From: an uncultured Phycisphaerales bacterium | Lineage (GTDB): Bacteria > Planctomycetota > Phycisphaerae > Sedimentisphaerales > Anaerobacaceae | NCBI GenBank assembly: GCA_963718665.1 | Contig: OY970359.1 | Span: forward strand, 576,001 to 640,000 | DNA length: 64,000 nucleotides | Direction of reading: 5' to 3' | Shown: piece after piece, positions 20,872 through 31,365 of the stretch | How positions within the stretch are numbered: the stretch's first letter is position 1 | Layout of the letters: every line of letters starts with the position of its first letter | Position numbers and translations under genes: made by a program | Notes under the pieces: generated by a model | What the model was told of the DNA's origin: nothing | Seen by the model: only the letters and a program-made list of their open reading frames with translations | The model's database searches: none

Positions 20872-21699
20872 TTAAGTTTCGAAAAGAACCGCCCTACCGT
20901 GTTTGGCGTCGTGTCTGGCCATACGCCTGGCCTTACCGGCGATGCGCCTGACAAATACTTTGTCGCCCGCGTTAAGTTTTTCGCGACCAAGATATGCCAG
21001 AAGAAATCGCAGCCGGTCGGTTTTTGAAAAGTATCCGGCGGGAGCCGAATAATGCAACTGGGCGATGTCCTTAACGCGGTATATTTCACTGAATAACACC
21101 GGCTTAAACACCCTTGCCAAATCTATCAGATAAAATCGACCATCCGGAACCCTGAATATGTGGCACAGATATAAATCGCGATGACGGCAGCCGGTATCGT
21201 GAAATTTTTTTATAAATAACGCCAACTGCCTTATAAACTGCCGGCGTAAAGCCATATTTTCCGCTGTCCCCGGCTCATTAAAAAAACCTGGCAAACTTCG
21301 CTCAAGCGATTGACCTTCCCGTATTTCCTCGATGGCCACAAAACTGCGTTTCTCGAAAAAACCTCTCCAAACCTGTCCCCACGCAATCATTTTTGGCGTA
21401 TTTATTCCCATCGTCGCCAGTTTTTTCGCCGCCTCGACCTCCGCCATAGCCCAACTAACGCGTTTTTTCGCAGATAACCAGTTTTTAAATTGTGTCATTA
21501 TCGGCGGATGGTCATATCGTTTAAGAAAAACCGTAGTGGCAGGCGACTCAATCTTAAATTCGATTCTGCTTCGATACGAGGCGAGATTTTTCTTGGTGAG
21601 ATTTTTCCCCGCCCCAAACGCGAACATCGCCTCAATTGACGTCAGGCCAAGCCGTTCAAAGCCGGTCTTGTATGCCGGGTCGATAAAAAACTCCGTCAT
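20872..21699 (-). CDS. Lipopolysaccharide kinase (WaaP/Kdo/InaA family)
   Basis: VFLKRY, HRDLYLCHIF, YLIDL, KDIAQL, TDRLRFL. Confidence 0.88.
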   Translation of the reverse strand: MTEFFIDPAYKTGFERLGLTSIEAMFAFGAGKNLTKKNLASYRSRIEFKIESPATTVFLKRYDHPPIMTQFKNWLSAKKRVSWAMAEVEAAKKLATMGINTPKMIAWGQVWRGFFEKRSFVAIEEIREGQSLERSLPGFFNEPGTAENMALRRQFIRQLALFIKKFHDTGCRHRDLYLCHIFRVPDGRFYLIDLARVFKPVLFSEIYRVKDIAQLHYSAPAGYFSKTDRLRFLLAYLGREKLNAGDKVFVRRIAGKARRMARHDAKHGRAVLFET

Positions 21700-22754
21700 A
21701 TCACGCCCCGCTTCCCGAAACTGCCCGCATCCAGAACTTTTGTCGCCGCTTTACAGACCATTTCGACGGTTATCGCTTCCATACAAAAATGCGACGTTTC
21801 CCTGCAAACCGGCTTATCGCAGGGTGCGCAGGGGGCATCGCCTTTGATAAATACCTCGTCAGCGTAACCGGGGTCCGTCCACGCCGAGTTATTCGGCCCT
21901 ACCAGCGTAATGACTTTCCGCTTTAACCCGATGGCAATATGTCTCGGCCCCGTGTCATTGCAAATAACCAAATCCGCGACGGCGATAAGCGCCTTCAACT
22001 CCCCAAGCCCGACAGGCGTATCGCCCAAGTTTATCGGCTTGTGTTTCGCAGCATCAACAATATGCTCTGCAATATGTTTTTCGTCTGCGTTTGGCGCAAC
22101 CGACAACACAACCGTCGTGTTATACTTTTCGGCCAGCCAGTCGGCGATTTGGGCAAACCTGTCCGCAGACCAGCGTTTGCTTGGCCCCGCCGCTGCGCCT
22201 GGAACAAGAATCACTACAGGCCCCTTCGCGTTGAAAACCGCCGGCAATTTCGCCTTCAATTTCTCTGTGTCTTTCGGCTCAACCGACAACTCGATGCGCC
22301 TGTCCCGCACATCTGCGCCTAACTTCGCCGCGACAGCCAGATAATAATCAACTATCGATATCGGCTCAAATTCTCCTGACGGCAATCTGGGCGGATACAA
22401 CTTTTCGGTCAATAATATCCCCCGCCCGTCCCTTGCGTAACCAATACGAACGGGTATTCCCGCCAGCCGGCAAGTCAAAGCGGAGCCAAAAGAATTTTTG
22501 AACATAATCGCGTGCGTAAAATTATGCTTCTTCAGCATCCGGGCAGTGGCGAATACACCGCTATTATTTTGTTCGAGCCACGTGTCCGCTAAACCACAAG
22601 GTGAAAAAATCTGGCGCACAACATTGCTTGCGAAAAACGTTATCTTCGAGGAATTGAACCGCCCGCGAATCGCCCGCAGGGCAGGCGTGCATAAAATTGC
22701 GTCCCCCATCGGAGAAGGAAGCCAGACCAGAATATTGTCCTTCGTATCAGCCAT
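21696..22754 (-). CDS. waaF: LPS heptosyltransferase II (GT9)
   Basis: LPSPMGDA, RIGY, PGAAAGPSKRW, NDTGPRHIA, C-terminal CAPC. Confidence 0.88.
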   Translation of the reverse strand: MADTKDNILVWLPSPMGDAILCTPALRAIRGRFNSSKITFFASNVVRQIFSPCGLADTWLEQNNSGVFATARMLKKHNFTHAIMFKNSFGSALTCRLAGIPVRIGYARDGRGILLTEKLYPPRLPSGEFEPISIVDYYLAVAAKLGADVRDRRIELSVEPKDTEKLKAKLPAVFNAKGPVVILVPGAAAGPSKRWSADRFAQIADWLAEKYNTTVVLSVAPNADEKHIAEHIVDAAKHKPINLGDTPVGLGELKALIAVADLVICNDTGPRHIAIGLKRKVITLVGPNNSAWTDPGYADEVFIKGDAPCAPCDKPVCRETSHFCMEAITVEMVCKAATKVLDAGSFGKRGVI

Positions 22755-22790
22755 TTTTAAGTAAATAGATGTGATTCCTGCGCAGTCCCA

Positions 22791-23758
22791 CTACCTCGGC
22801 CCGCGCATGACGTAAAACGTCAGCGCCATCAACTGCAAAAGTATAGCGAACCCGATGGAAATAAGAAGCTGGTTGAACTGTTTCGTTGGGCTCGTCAAAA
22901 ACCATATACTCGCAAGCAAACACAAAAACACTAGCCCCTGTGCGATACCCGCAACAAAACGGGTTATGGAAAATTCCCCGAACATATTATGTCGCTGCAT
23001 CATTTTAATCTGGTCAAGGATATTGCTCAGCAGACGTTCCGTCGTCGGCTGTTCGGCCGGTTGAGGTGGTGCAGTTTGCTCTGGTTCGGCTTGTTGCGGC
23101 GTCGCGGCTTGTTGTTGAGACACAGGCTCTTGCGGCTTTTCCTCAATCGCCTGTGCCTGCTGCTCAGCTGGCAACACATTGGCAGGTTTCTGCGCCGACC
23201 GCGATTTCATCTTGATAATGTTCACGACTTCTTTGAGATTTACGGCCTTATAATCAGGAGCCGGCGCTCCCGGCTGGAGTTTTTGCTCATGCGTGCGACC
23301 CGCAAGCATTATCGTTCTGCAGCCGGCCCTCGCTCCCGCCTCTATGTCATTGGTGGTGTCGCCAACTATCCAGGATTCCCGCAGGTCGATATCCATGTCC
23401 CTGCTCGCCGCAAGGAGCATCCCCGGGTTGGGCTTGCGCCAATCGCTTTCCTTGCGGTATTTCGGAATCACCCCTTCAATATGATAAGGACAATAGTATA
23501 TCCGGTCTAAGGACACGCCCTTTTCCGCAAGAAGCTGTTCCAGTCGTTTGTGAATCTGACCAAGAACCTCCTCGGTTACAATTCCTCTGGCCACGCCGGA
23601 CTGGTTCGACACAACGACAAGTTTATACCCAAGCGACTTAAGCGAGCTCAACGCCTCCGGGCGCCTTCGAGCAGCTTGACCTGGTCCGGGTTATCTATGT
23701 ACCCGGGGTCCTCTATTATCGTATTGTCACGGTCCAGGAATATCGCTTTGTTGGCCAT
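22791..23758 (-). CDS. gmhB: D-glycero-D-manno-heptose 1,7-bisphosphate phosphatase (HAD-IIIA) with C-terminal membrane extension; one base missing near 23660
   Basis: ATG at 23758 gives MANKAIFLDRDNTIIEDPGY...LLEGA, then the frame changes to EALSSLKSLGYKLVVVSNQSGVARG...YCPYH...RKPNPGM...VGD. Confidence 0.85.
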
Positions 23759-23770
23759 AATTATCTTCGC

Positions 23771-24349
23771 CTATGCAAAACTTTGCTCAACGAGTTTACA
23801 GATTATGTGATACGCGAGCAGGTGAATCTCCTGACTTCTCGCCGCGGATTCACTGTCCGTGCAAAAACATTTATCCGCCAGCCGTTGTATCCTGCTGTTT
23901 TTTCTGCCGGTAAACGCTATAACGACAGCGCCCTTTTTTCTGGCGACCTTCACAGCCGCAAGGATATTAGGCGATGAGCCGCTCGTCGATATCGCCCAGA
24001 ATATATCGCCTTTTCTCACAAGCGCCTCGGCCTGCCTGGCAAATATATTCTCATAACAACCGTCGTTGGCAATCGAGGTCAGCACCGAACTGTCAGTCGT
24101 CAGGGCAACGGCAGGCAACGCCCTGCGACTGGACTCGAATCTGTTCACTAATTCCGCCGCGATATGCTGAGCATCCGCAGCCGAACCACCGTTGCCGCAG
24201 ATATAAACCGTCGCGCCTTTTTTAATCGCCTTTGCTATCGCGCCGGCAATATCGGCAATCGTCTCCAGCCCCGACTCTTCAAGCTCAGTAACCATTCTCC
24301 TGTGAGTCCGAACTATTTCGAATACCTGCTTTTTCAAATTTTTGCTCAT
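23771..24349 (-). CDS. gmhA: Phosphoheptose isomerase
   Basis: CGNGGSAADAQHIAAEL, SIAND, ISTSGSS, RSQEIH. Confidence 0.95.
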   Translation of the reverse strand: MSKNLKKQVFEIVRTHRRMVTELEESGLETIADIAGAIAKAIKKGATVYICGNGGSAADAQHIAAELVNRFESSRRALPAVALTTDSSVLTSIANDGCYENIFARQAEALVRKGDIFWAISTSGSSPNILAAVKVARKKGAVVIAFTGRKNSRIQRLADKCFCTDSESAARSQEIHLLAYHIICKLVEQSFA

Positions 24350-25845
24350 CGCTTCCCTGATTTCGTTTTTGCTACCTGCGATTTCATTTTTTCGATTATA
24401 AGCGTCGAGCTTTTGCCCTTCATAAGAGGTGCAAATAACAGTTTGCCTCCGTATGATTTGACGAACTTCGCACCCACGACGCCTTTTTTCTCCCAGTCCT
24501 TCCCCTTGACTAAAACATCAGGCTTGACCTTCTTGATAAGGTCAATCGGGGTTGATTCATCAAATATCGTAATGTAATCCACCGACTCAAGGGCCGCCAG
24601 GACCGCCGCCCTGTCAACCTGGTTGTGAATAGGCCTGTCAGGCCCTTTGATTACTCGCACAGAACTATCACTATTTAACCCGACGACCACGACGTCGCCA
24701 CGCTCTTTGCAGAACTTCAGGTATTCGATATGTCCCCTGTGTATGACATCGAAACAGCCGTTGGTAAAAACGATTTTCTGACTTCGTTTGCGACGCCAGG
24801 CCAGCTCCGCCAAAAGCGAATCAACCGACCGAACCTTGCCCTCGCCGCCGCGGTTAAGATAAACAATTTCAGTTATTATCTCGTCCCTGCTGACAGTCGC
24901 GCCGCCGAATTTCTCCACCTCGATTCCGCCTGCGATATTCGACAACTGAACCGCCGTCTTGAAATCGCAGCCGGCCGCAAGTGTCAACGCCAAAGTCGCC
25001 AATACCGTGTCCCCTGCCCCCGTTACATCATACACAATGCGAGGCCTTGTTGGTATTTGCTCATCGAAACCGGGGCTCCTGAGATACGCCCCTTCCTTAT
25101 CCAGCGTAATGACTATCGCTTCGAGTTTGAGCTTTCGCACAAATTCCCTGGCCGCATGGGCCGCGTCAGCGATGGTCTTTATTTCGAACCCTACGCCCAT
25201 ACGCGTTTCATACCGATTAGGCGTAATGACCGATGCCCCGGTGTATTTCGAATAGTCGCTAATAGGCGACGGGTCAATCAAAACCCTTTTGCGTGCCTTC
25301 GCGGCAAGTTTAATTACCTTTTTGCAGAACAAATCCGCGAGGACACCCTTGTTATAATCCTGCAAACAAATGTTATCCGCCTGTTTAATCCTGGTCTCTA
25401 AAATCTTTGCCAGCCGGCCATATTGCCCCTCAGTCAACGGCTCGGTCGATTCATTATCCATCCTGAACAACTGCTGCTGGTGTCTATGCTGCGCCAGACC
25501 TATCAGTCGCTGTTTGGTCGTCGTCGGCCTGTCTGTAACAGTCATCAGGCCCGATACGTCCGCACCCATCTTCGCCAGCAGGTCTTTGAGCTTCTTCCCG
25601 TTTGCGTCATCACCTATAACACCTACGCATAAGGGAACCGCCCCCAGTGCGCACAAATTCGCCGCAACCAGCCCCGCCCCCCCGCAACTGTATTCGGTTT
25701 TGGTTACCTTCAGCACGGGCACAGGCGCTTCGGGGCTAATCCGCTCGGCGTCGCCATACACATATACATCGAGCATAAAATCGCCCACAAGCAGCACTTT
25801 CGGCGTGCCGAGCTTTGTTATGGCATTTAGAAGATTTTCATACAT
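24346..25845 (-). CDS. hldE: Bifunctional heptose 7-phosphate kinase / heptose 1-phosphate adenylyltransferase
   Basis: RISPEAPVPV, DVTGAGDT, VFTNGCFDVIHRGH, GLNSDSSV, PDVLVKG. Confidence 0.96.
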   Translation of the reverse strand: MYENLLNAITKLGTPKVLLVGDFMLDVYVYGDAERISPEAPVPVLKVTKTEYSCGGAGLVAANLCALGAVPLCVGVIGDDANGKKLKDLLAKMGADVSGLMTVTDRPTTTKQRLIGLAQHRHQQQLFRMDNESTEPLTEGQYGRLAKILETRIKQADNICLQDYNKGVLADLFCKKVIKLAAKARKRVLIDPSPISDYSKYTGASVITPNRYETRMGVGFEIKTIADAAHAAREFVRKLKLEAIVITLDKEGAYLRSPGFDEQIPTRPRIVYDVTGAGDTVLATLALTLAAGCDFKTAVQLSNIAGGIEVEKFGGATVSRDEIITEIVYLNRGGEGKVRSVDSLLAELAWRRKRSQKIVFTNGCFDVIHRGHIEYLKFCKERGDVVVVGLNSDSSVRVIKGPDRPIHNQVDRAAVLAALESVDYITIFDESTPIDLIKKVKPDVLVKGKDWEKKGVVGAKFVKSYGGKLLFAPLMKGKSSTLIIEKMKSQVAKTKSGKR

Positions 25846-25860
25846 AGCGGTTTTCTGCGA

Positions 25861-26997
25861 TTAAACAGTTCTTTTCCGTGGTATTTTACCCGCAAGCGAC
25901 CGTTCAATCAACTCCATTATACGGTCCTGCCCCTCCACAAACTGCAACCTGACCGCCAGATATGCCAAAACCAACTCCCCCTCCCCCGACGCCGGCTGCG
26001 ATATTTTGTTATAATCCTTCTCCGTAGTAAGCATCATCCGGGCACCCGACTTCGCCGCGTCGCGATAAATATCGTTCACGTCATTGACTGTATAATTATA
26101 GTGGTCGTCGTAAACCTTAGACCCAACGATATTCGCTCCTGCCAGCCCCACAGTCGCCAAAAACGCCTCCGGGTTCGCTATCCCGCAAAAAACATATATT
26201 TTTTTGCCTTTCAATTCTTCAAGCTGAATTTGCTTCTCGCCCGAAACCGCGAAAACCGGGCTGTGAATCGTCTGCGCTATTATAACATCGGGATTTATCC
26301 TGTTGATAGCCGCCGTCAATTCTGTCAGATTATTTTTCGAAACCAGGTCGCACCTGGTAAGTATTACCGCCTTTGCCCTTTTCAACGCCGAAACCGGTTC
26401 GCGCAGTAAACCCGCAGGCAGCAATCTGCCATAGCCAAATGGCTGCATTGCGTCGATGGTTACAATATCAATATCCCTGTGCAGCCGACGGTGCTGAAAA
26501 CCATCGTCCATAATCAGGACCTGTGCCCTGCGTTTTTTTACCGCCTCAATCGCCCCCGCCAGCCGGTCAGGGTTTACCACTACCGCCGAACCGGAACAAT
26601 TTTTAGCTAACATCCCCGGCTCATCACTCTCGCCCTTCGCCGCTTTATACCCGCGGGTCAGTATCGCGCAATTGACATTCTGCTCACGGAACAGATTGCA
26701 TAACCAGATTACCAAAGGCGTCTTGCCCGTCCCTCCGACGGTTATATTGCCGACGCTTATTACCGGGACCGTTGCCTGTGTCCTGTCCGATGTTACAAGT
26801 CCCGCAGCCGTTACCGCGTATGATTTGGCCTGCCCCCCGTCATACAGCCAATTCCGCAGCGAGATGCCCAAACCATAAAAAACCGCGGCGACATTCAACA
26901 GCAGGCGCAACGCCGACGCGATAACGCCTGTGCTTTGCCCAGAAACAAGTTTCTTAAACCGCTCCTGGTTCATACCGATGATAGTCCGGGTCTCCAT
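25861..26997 (-). CDS. lpxK: Tetraacyldisaccharide 4'-kinase
   Basis: VISVGNITVGGTGKTP, LTRGY, SDEP, MDDGFQH, LLPAGLLREP, TTEKD. Confidence 0.95.
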   Translation of the reverse strand: METRTIIGMNQERFKKLVSGQSTGVIASALRLLLNVAAVFYGLGISLRNWLYDGGQAKSYAVTAAGLVTSDRTQATVPVISVGNITVGGTGKTPLVIWLCNLFREQNVNCAILTRGYKAAKGESDEPGMLAKNCSGSAVVVNPDRLAGAIEAVKKRRAQVLIMDDGFQHRRLHRDIDIVTIDAMQPFGYGRLLPAGLLREPVSALKRAKAVILTRCDLVSKNNLTELTAAINRINPDVIIAQTIHSPVFAVSGEKQIQLEELKGKKIYVFCGIANPEAFLATVGLAGANIVGSKVYDDHYNYTVNDVNDIYRDAAKSGARMMLTTEKDYNKISQPASGEGELVLAYLAVRLQFVEGQDRIMELIERSLAGKIPRKRTV

Positions 26998-27001
26998 TGA
27001 A

Positions 27002-28084
27002 CTACAAATTTCTGATTTTCCTTATTATCGCGTCGGCCATTTCCTGTGTGCCGACCGCCGTCGGGTCGTTGCGGTTTGCCTTCATATCGTAAGTAACATC
27101 TTTACCCTCGGCTATTACTTCCGCGACCGCGTTCTCAAGCTTGTATGCCTCCGCCGTATTCCCGATGTGCCGCAAAAGCAACACGCCGCTGAGTATCAAA
27201 GCAACAGGATTGACCTTGTTAAGCCCCTTGTATTTCGGTGCGCTGCCGTGAGTCGCCTCGAATATCGCGGCCTTCTCGCCTATATTCGCCCCCGGCGCAA
27301 CACCCAATCCCCCTACTAATCCCGCACACAAATCACTGAGAATATCCCCGTATAAATTGGGTAATACCAGGACATCATACAACTCCGGCTTTTGCACTAA
27401 CTGCATACACATATTGTCAACGATGCGGTCCTCGAACTCGATATCGCTGTTCTTCGCCGCTATCTGCCTGCTAATCTCCAGCCAAAGACCGTCGGTGAAC
27501 TTCATAATATTGGCCTTGTGAACGCTCGTAACCTTTTTACGACCCATTTTCCGGGCGTAATCAAAAGCATATTGCACTATCCGCTCTGTGCCCGCGACCG
27601 AAATGGGTTTTATGCTTATCCCGGAATCTGACCTGATTTGTTTTTTGTTGTGCTTATTGAGCCAGTTTATAAGCTCAGCCGTATCGTCCTTGCCCTTCTC
27701 AAATTCGACGCCCGCGTAAAGGTCCTCGGTATTTTCACGGACGAGAACAAGGTCGATATTCGAGTATTTGCTGCGAACGCCCTTATAACTTTTGCAGGGT
27801 CTCAGGCAGGCGTACAGGTCAAATATCTGCCGCAAATGAACGTTTATGCTGCGAAACCCCGTGCCCACGGGCGTCGTTATCGGCGCCTTCAGCGCAATCG
27901 CGTTCTTTTTTATCGATTCCACCGTCGAATCCGGCAAAGGTGTCCCCGCTTTGGCCATTACATCAACTCCCGCCTCGCAGATTTCCCATTTTATTTTCGC
28001 GCCCGTGGCGTCGATGCATCTTTGCGCTGCCTGGGCTATCTCAGGCCCAATACCATCACCCGTTATCAGCGTAACATTAGTCAT
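27002..28084 (-). CDS. Isocitrate/isopropylmalate dehydrogenase family protein (likely NAD-dependent IDH)
   Basis: [43 protein letters not shown]; start MTNV at 28084. Confidence 0.92.
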   Translation of the reverse strand: MTNVTLITGDGIGPEIAQAAQRCIDATGAKIKWEICEAGVDVMAKAGTPLPDSTVESIKKNAIALKAPITTPVGTGFRSINVHLRQIFDLYACLRPCKSYKGVRSKYSNIDLVLVRENTEDLYAGVEFEKGKDDTAELINWLNKHNKKQIRSDSGISIKPISVAGTERIVQYAFDYARKMGRKKVTSVHKANIMKFTDGLWLEISRQIAAKNSDIEFEDRIVDNMCMQLVQKPELYDVLVLPNLYGDILSDLCAGLVGGLGVAPGANIGEKAAIFEATHGSAPKYKGLNKVNPVALILSGVLLLRHIGNTAEAYKLENAVAEVIAEGKDVTYDMKANRNDPTAVGTQEMADAIIRKIRNL

Positions 28085-28118
28085 AATCTTAAGCTCCAGA
28101 ATTAAATACGAGGGGATG

Positions 28119-28186
28119 ATAGTATCGCTCAAAAGCGACGATGTCAATAACGACCATTGACAAAGGGGTATCAAACCTGTTATTCT
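28119..28186. promoter_or_regulatory. Back-to-back divergent sigma70 promoters (dehydrogenase gene and tRNA-Lys)
   Basis: Minus: TTGACA(28147-28142)-17 nt-TACTAT. Plus: TTGACA(28157-28162)-18 nt-TATTCT. Confidence 0.65.
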
Positions 28187-28205
28187 GCTTGCCTGTTAAA
28201 TTACC

Positions 28206-28278
28206 GGGAGCGTAGCTCAGTAGGTAGAGCACCGCACTTTTAATGCGTAGGTCCTGGGTTCGAATCCCAGCACTCCCA
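28206..28278 (+). tRNA. tRNA-Lys (anticodon TTT)
   Basis: GGGAGCG-TAGCTCAGTAGGTAGAGCA-CCGCA-CTTTTAA-TGCGT-AGGTC-CTGGGTTCGAATCCCAG-CACTCCC-A. Confidence 0.95.
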
Positions 28279-28319
28279 TTTGGAAAATTGGAGGACGGAG
28301 GACTGAAAACGGAAGACGG

Positions 28320-28709
28320 CTAAGCCATCGCTGGTTCAAGAACATCTTCTTCGTTCGGCTGTGAATTAGCTAATTCACCCGGCCTGAACGGAAGTGGCTC
28401 ATGAAATTTCATCGCCACGCGACTCAGGCCATTGCCAATTTGGTCAATTCGACAAACCTGACCCGCGCGAACAAAATCACTGATATCGAAACGGTCATCC
28501 TCGTGGTAATATGGAACGCTGAAACGGGTTGTTATGTTTTGGCCCGGATAAGGGCAGCCCTTGTCCGCATAGCAGGTAAAAGCAGCCCCTCCGCTGGAAA
28601 CGTCAACCATTTGTCCTTGTGAAAGTAAACCGGCAAAATTCTCTGCGAACCACACAGGCCAGTGGTATCTTAATCTTGGCTCTCTTCTCCGCTCGGCTGT
28701 GTCTTGCAT
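28320..28709 (-). CDS. PilZ domain protein
   Basis: ERRREPR and DVSSGG c-di-GMP-binding motifs. Confidence 0.85.
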   Translation of the reverse strand: MQDTAERRREPRLRYHWPVWFAENFAGLLSQGQMVDVSSGGAAFTCYADKGCPYPGQNITTRFSVPYYHEDDRFDISDFVRAGQVCRIDQIGNGLSRVAMKFHEPLPFRPGELANSQPNEEDVLEPAMA

Positions 28710-28794
28710 TGCCGGTTCCTCAAAAAAGACATTAATGTGTTTACTCCCTGCGAATCGTCTTTTTCAAGGGACGGCTTAAGAGATTGATAAGTGT

Positions 28795-28850
28795 GATTGA
28801 TGATTGATTATCTAAAGCCCCGTTCCGCTCTAAATAATCAATAATCAATC
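28795..28850. repeat. 17-bp inverted repeat built from GATTGAT/ATCAATA-type heptamers
   Basis: GATTGATGATTGATTAT ... ATAATCAATAATCAATC (1 mismatch). Confidence 0.65.
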
Positions 28851-28888
28851 GATAAAAAAAGTTGGGACAAAGTCGAATGTTCCGATAA

Positions 28889-30238
28889 TCAGCGAATGAC
28901 CTTATTTACCAAGTCGATAAACTGCTCCCCCCGCTGCTCGTAATTCTCGAACATATCATAGCTGGCGCAGGCAGGACTAAGTAAAACCGCATCCCCTTCA
29001 ACAGCCAGGCCGTTAGCCAATTTAACCGCCTCTTCCAGTGTCTTGGCGTATTTGACCTGTGCCTTGTTTTGCGGATGATTCTGAATGATTTTCCCTATCG
29101 CCCCGGCGGTCTGGCCTATGAGAATCGCCGCCTTGGCCTTTTGGGCAATTTTTGCGCCAAACTCATCGAATGGGATATGTTTATCATACCCGCCCGCTAT
29201 GATAATGGGGCTATCGAACGCCTCAAGGGCGACAATTGAACTGTCCGGCGTGGTCGCCTTGGAATCGTTATACCAGCGAACCCCCCCTGCCTCGCCCACG
29301 AGCTGCAACCTGTGAGGCAACGCCTTAAATGCGGGCAAGCACCCAATTATCTGCTCATCGGCTACATCGAAACGCTTTGCCGCGGCAATAGCACCGGCCA
29401 AATTGGCAAGATACGCCCTGCCCGGCAACCCATACTCGCTGTGAATTCTCGCTGGCACATCATCGGCAGAAAATTTCACGCAAACCCGCCCTGCGTCCTT
29501 CTGATATTTCGCAAACCACTTGCTGCCCACCTCATCATCGCTGTTGAAAATCGAAACCGCCGGCTGATTCGCGTCCGGCTTCTGATGTTGAAAGATTAGC
29601 TCTTTGGCCTTGCAATAATTCTCGAATGTCTTATAGCGGTCCAAATGATTCGGCGTAAGGTTCGTCAGCAACGCGACCTGCGGTGCCTTATCGCTTTGGG
29701 CCAACTGCTCAATCTGAAAACTCGACAGCTCCAAAACAACCAAATCGTCGGGTTTTATTTTACCTGCAATCGTCAGCATCGGCTCATTGCCTATATTGCC
29801 GCCCAACCAGACCTTTTTACCAAATCGACTTCTAAGCAAATGTGCCGTAAGTGATGTCGTGGTGCTTTTGCCATTGGCGCCGGTTATACCGATTATCTTC
29901 GCCGGGCAAAGCTCGAAGAATAATTCGATTTGCGATGTAACTTTTCTCCCTGCCTTGCGGGCAATCTGTAAAAACTTGTTATCCAAAGGCACAGCGGGAT
30001 TAGCCACCACCATATCCGCCTGCTCGAAATCACCTCCCTCGTGTGAGCCGAGATGGTAATCAACATCGAGGCCTTTTAATTGAGCGATTGATTCCGCGAG
30101 CGCATCCTGTTTTGCCAAATCGGTAACGATTACTCTTGCCCCCGCCGAGCAGGCAAACTTCACAACATCCACCCCTCCCCCGAACCTCCCGAGGCCCATC
30201 ACTAAAATCTTTTTATCTCTGAAAAGACCTTCACCCAT
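28889..30238 (-). CDS. murD: UDP-N-acetylmuramoyl-L-alanine--D-glutamate ligase
   Basis: GITGANGKSTTT, GGNIG, ELSSFQ, NHLDRY, YNDSKAT, LLSPACASYDMF. Confidence 0.95.
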   Translation of the reverse strand: MGEGLFRDKKILVMGLGRFGGGVDVVKFACSAGARVIVTDLAKQDALAESIAQLKGLDVDYHLGSHEGGDFEQADMVVANPAVPLDNKFLQIARKAGRKVTSQIELFFELCPAKIIGITGANGKSTTTSLTAHLLRSRFGKKVWLGGNIGNEPMLTIAGKIKPDDLVVLELSSFQIEQLAQSDKAPQVALLTNLTPNHLDRYKTFENYCKAKELIFQHQKPDANQPAVSIFNSDDEVGSKWFAKYQKDAGRVCVKFSADDVPARIHSEYGLPGRAYLANLAGAIAAAKRFDVADEQIIGCLPAFKALPHRLQLVGEAGGVRWYNDSKATTPDSSIVALEAFDSPIIIAGGYDKHIPFDEFGAKIAQKAKAAILIGQTAGAIGKIIQNHPQNKAQVKYAKTLEEAVKLANGLAVEGDAVLLSPACASYDMFENYEQRGEQFIDLVNKVIR

Positions 30239-30281
30239 ATCTCTATGAGCCGATACGATTTTTTGCGAGTATAACGCTAAG

Positions 30282-31232
30282 TTACAGCGCATCCTGAACG
30301 GCCTTTGCGATATCCAGCTTGGCGTCAATCACTGCCTGCTCGATACACTTCTTCCAGTTGTCGCCGTACTGCTCCTTGTATTTAGGATTCTCATAAGCGT
30401 AGATAATCGAACGCGACGCGTTAATCAGTGCGCCGTTGCCGTCGTGCTTGCAGAACCGGACACAATCCGCGGCCGATGCCCCTTGTGAGCCGTAGCCGGG
30501 AACGAGGAACCACATATTGTCATATTTTTTCCGCAGAGCCGTCGTCTCTTCGGGACTCGTCCCGCCGATAACCATACCAACATTGCTGTAACCGGCCTTG
30601 CCGATTCTGCCGGGCTTATTTGCTATTTCGCCCACAACCGCCGCAAGTTTCTCATACATTTTTTGCCCGTCGCCGGAAGCGAAATCCTGTATCACAGCCG
30701 CGCCGGGGTTGCTCGCTCGAACCCATACAAATACACCCTTACCCTGCTTTGTGGCAACATCCGCGAATGGCTCGATTGCCTCTGCGCCCGCGAAACCGTT
30801 AACCGTTATCGCATCGGGGGCAAGCGTGTCCTCAAGGCCCGCCATTTCGGGATTTTCCAGATGCGCCGTTGCGTATGCCTCTGCCGTATGACCTATATCG
30901 CCTCGCTTGACATCTCCGATTACCTCAACGCCAAGTTCGTTCGCCTCGGAAATAAGTGAATAATAGCTTTCGATTCCCTGCCAGAGATATTTTTCAAAAA
31001 ACGCTATGTTGATTTTCACCGCCGGCACCATCGGCGCGACAATCCTCAGCACCTGTGTGCAATAATCGAATATCGCATCGACCGCCGAGTCCACGTCGAA
31101 CTCGTCATTCATATCGCTTCTGTTCGTTATCACCGCGGGAAGCCGGCTGTAAACCGGGTCCAAACCAACAATCAATGGTGTTCGCTTGCTCTTTATCGCT
31201 TCAACCAGCCGGTCGCCAAAATGATTAGCCAT
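30282..31232 (-). CDS. pyrF: Orotidine-5'-phosphate decarboxylase
   Basis: VGLDP, VKINIAFFE, DVKRGDIGHT, LVPGYGSQG, NASRSII. Confidence 0.95.
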   Translation of the reverse strand: MANHFGDRLVEAIKSKRTPLIVGLDPVYSRLPAVITNRSDMNDEFDVDSAVDAIFDYCTQVLRIVAPMVPAVKINIAFFEKYLWQGIESYYSLISEANELGVEVIGDVKRGDIGHTAEAYATAHLENPEMAGLEDTLAPDAITVNGFAGAEAIEPFADVATKQGKGVFVWVRASNPGAAVIQDFASGDGQKMYEKLAAVVGEIANKPGRIGKAGYSNVGMVIGGTSPEETTALRKKYDNMWFLVPGYGSQGASAADCVRFCKHDGNGALINASRSIIYAYENPKYKEQYGDNWKKCIEQAVIDAKLDIAKAVQDAL

Positions 31233-31365
31233 ACTATTATAAATCCTTTCTTATTCGATTTTCGTTTTTCGCTTTAAGCTGCTTATATTTTGCTTTACTA
31301 TAACCGCTCGATTGTTTTCTAACAAGCTTTCAGTGGCAATTAAGACAAAAAAAGATTCAGAGAAA

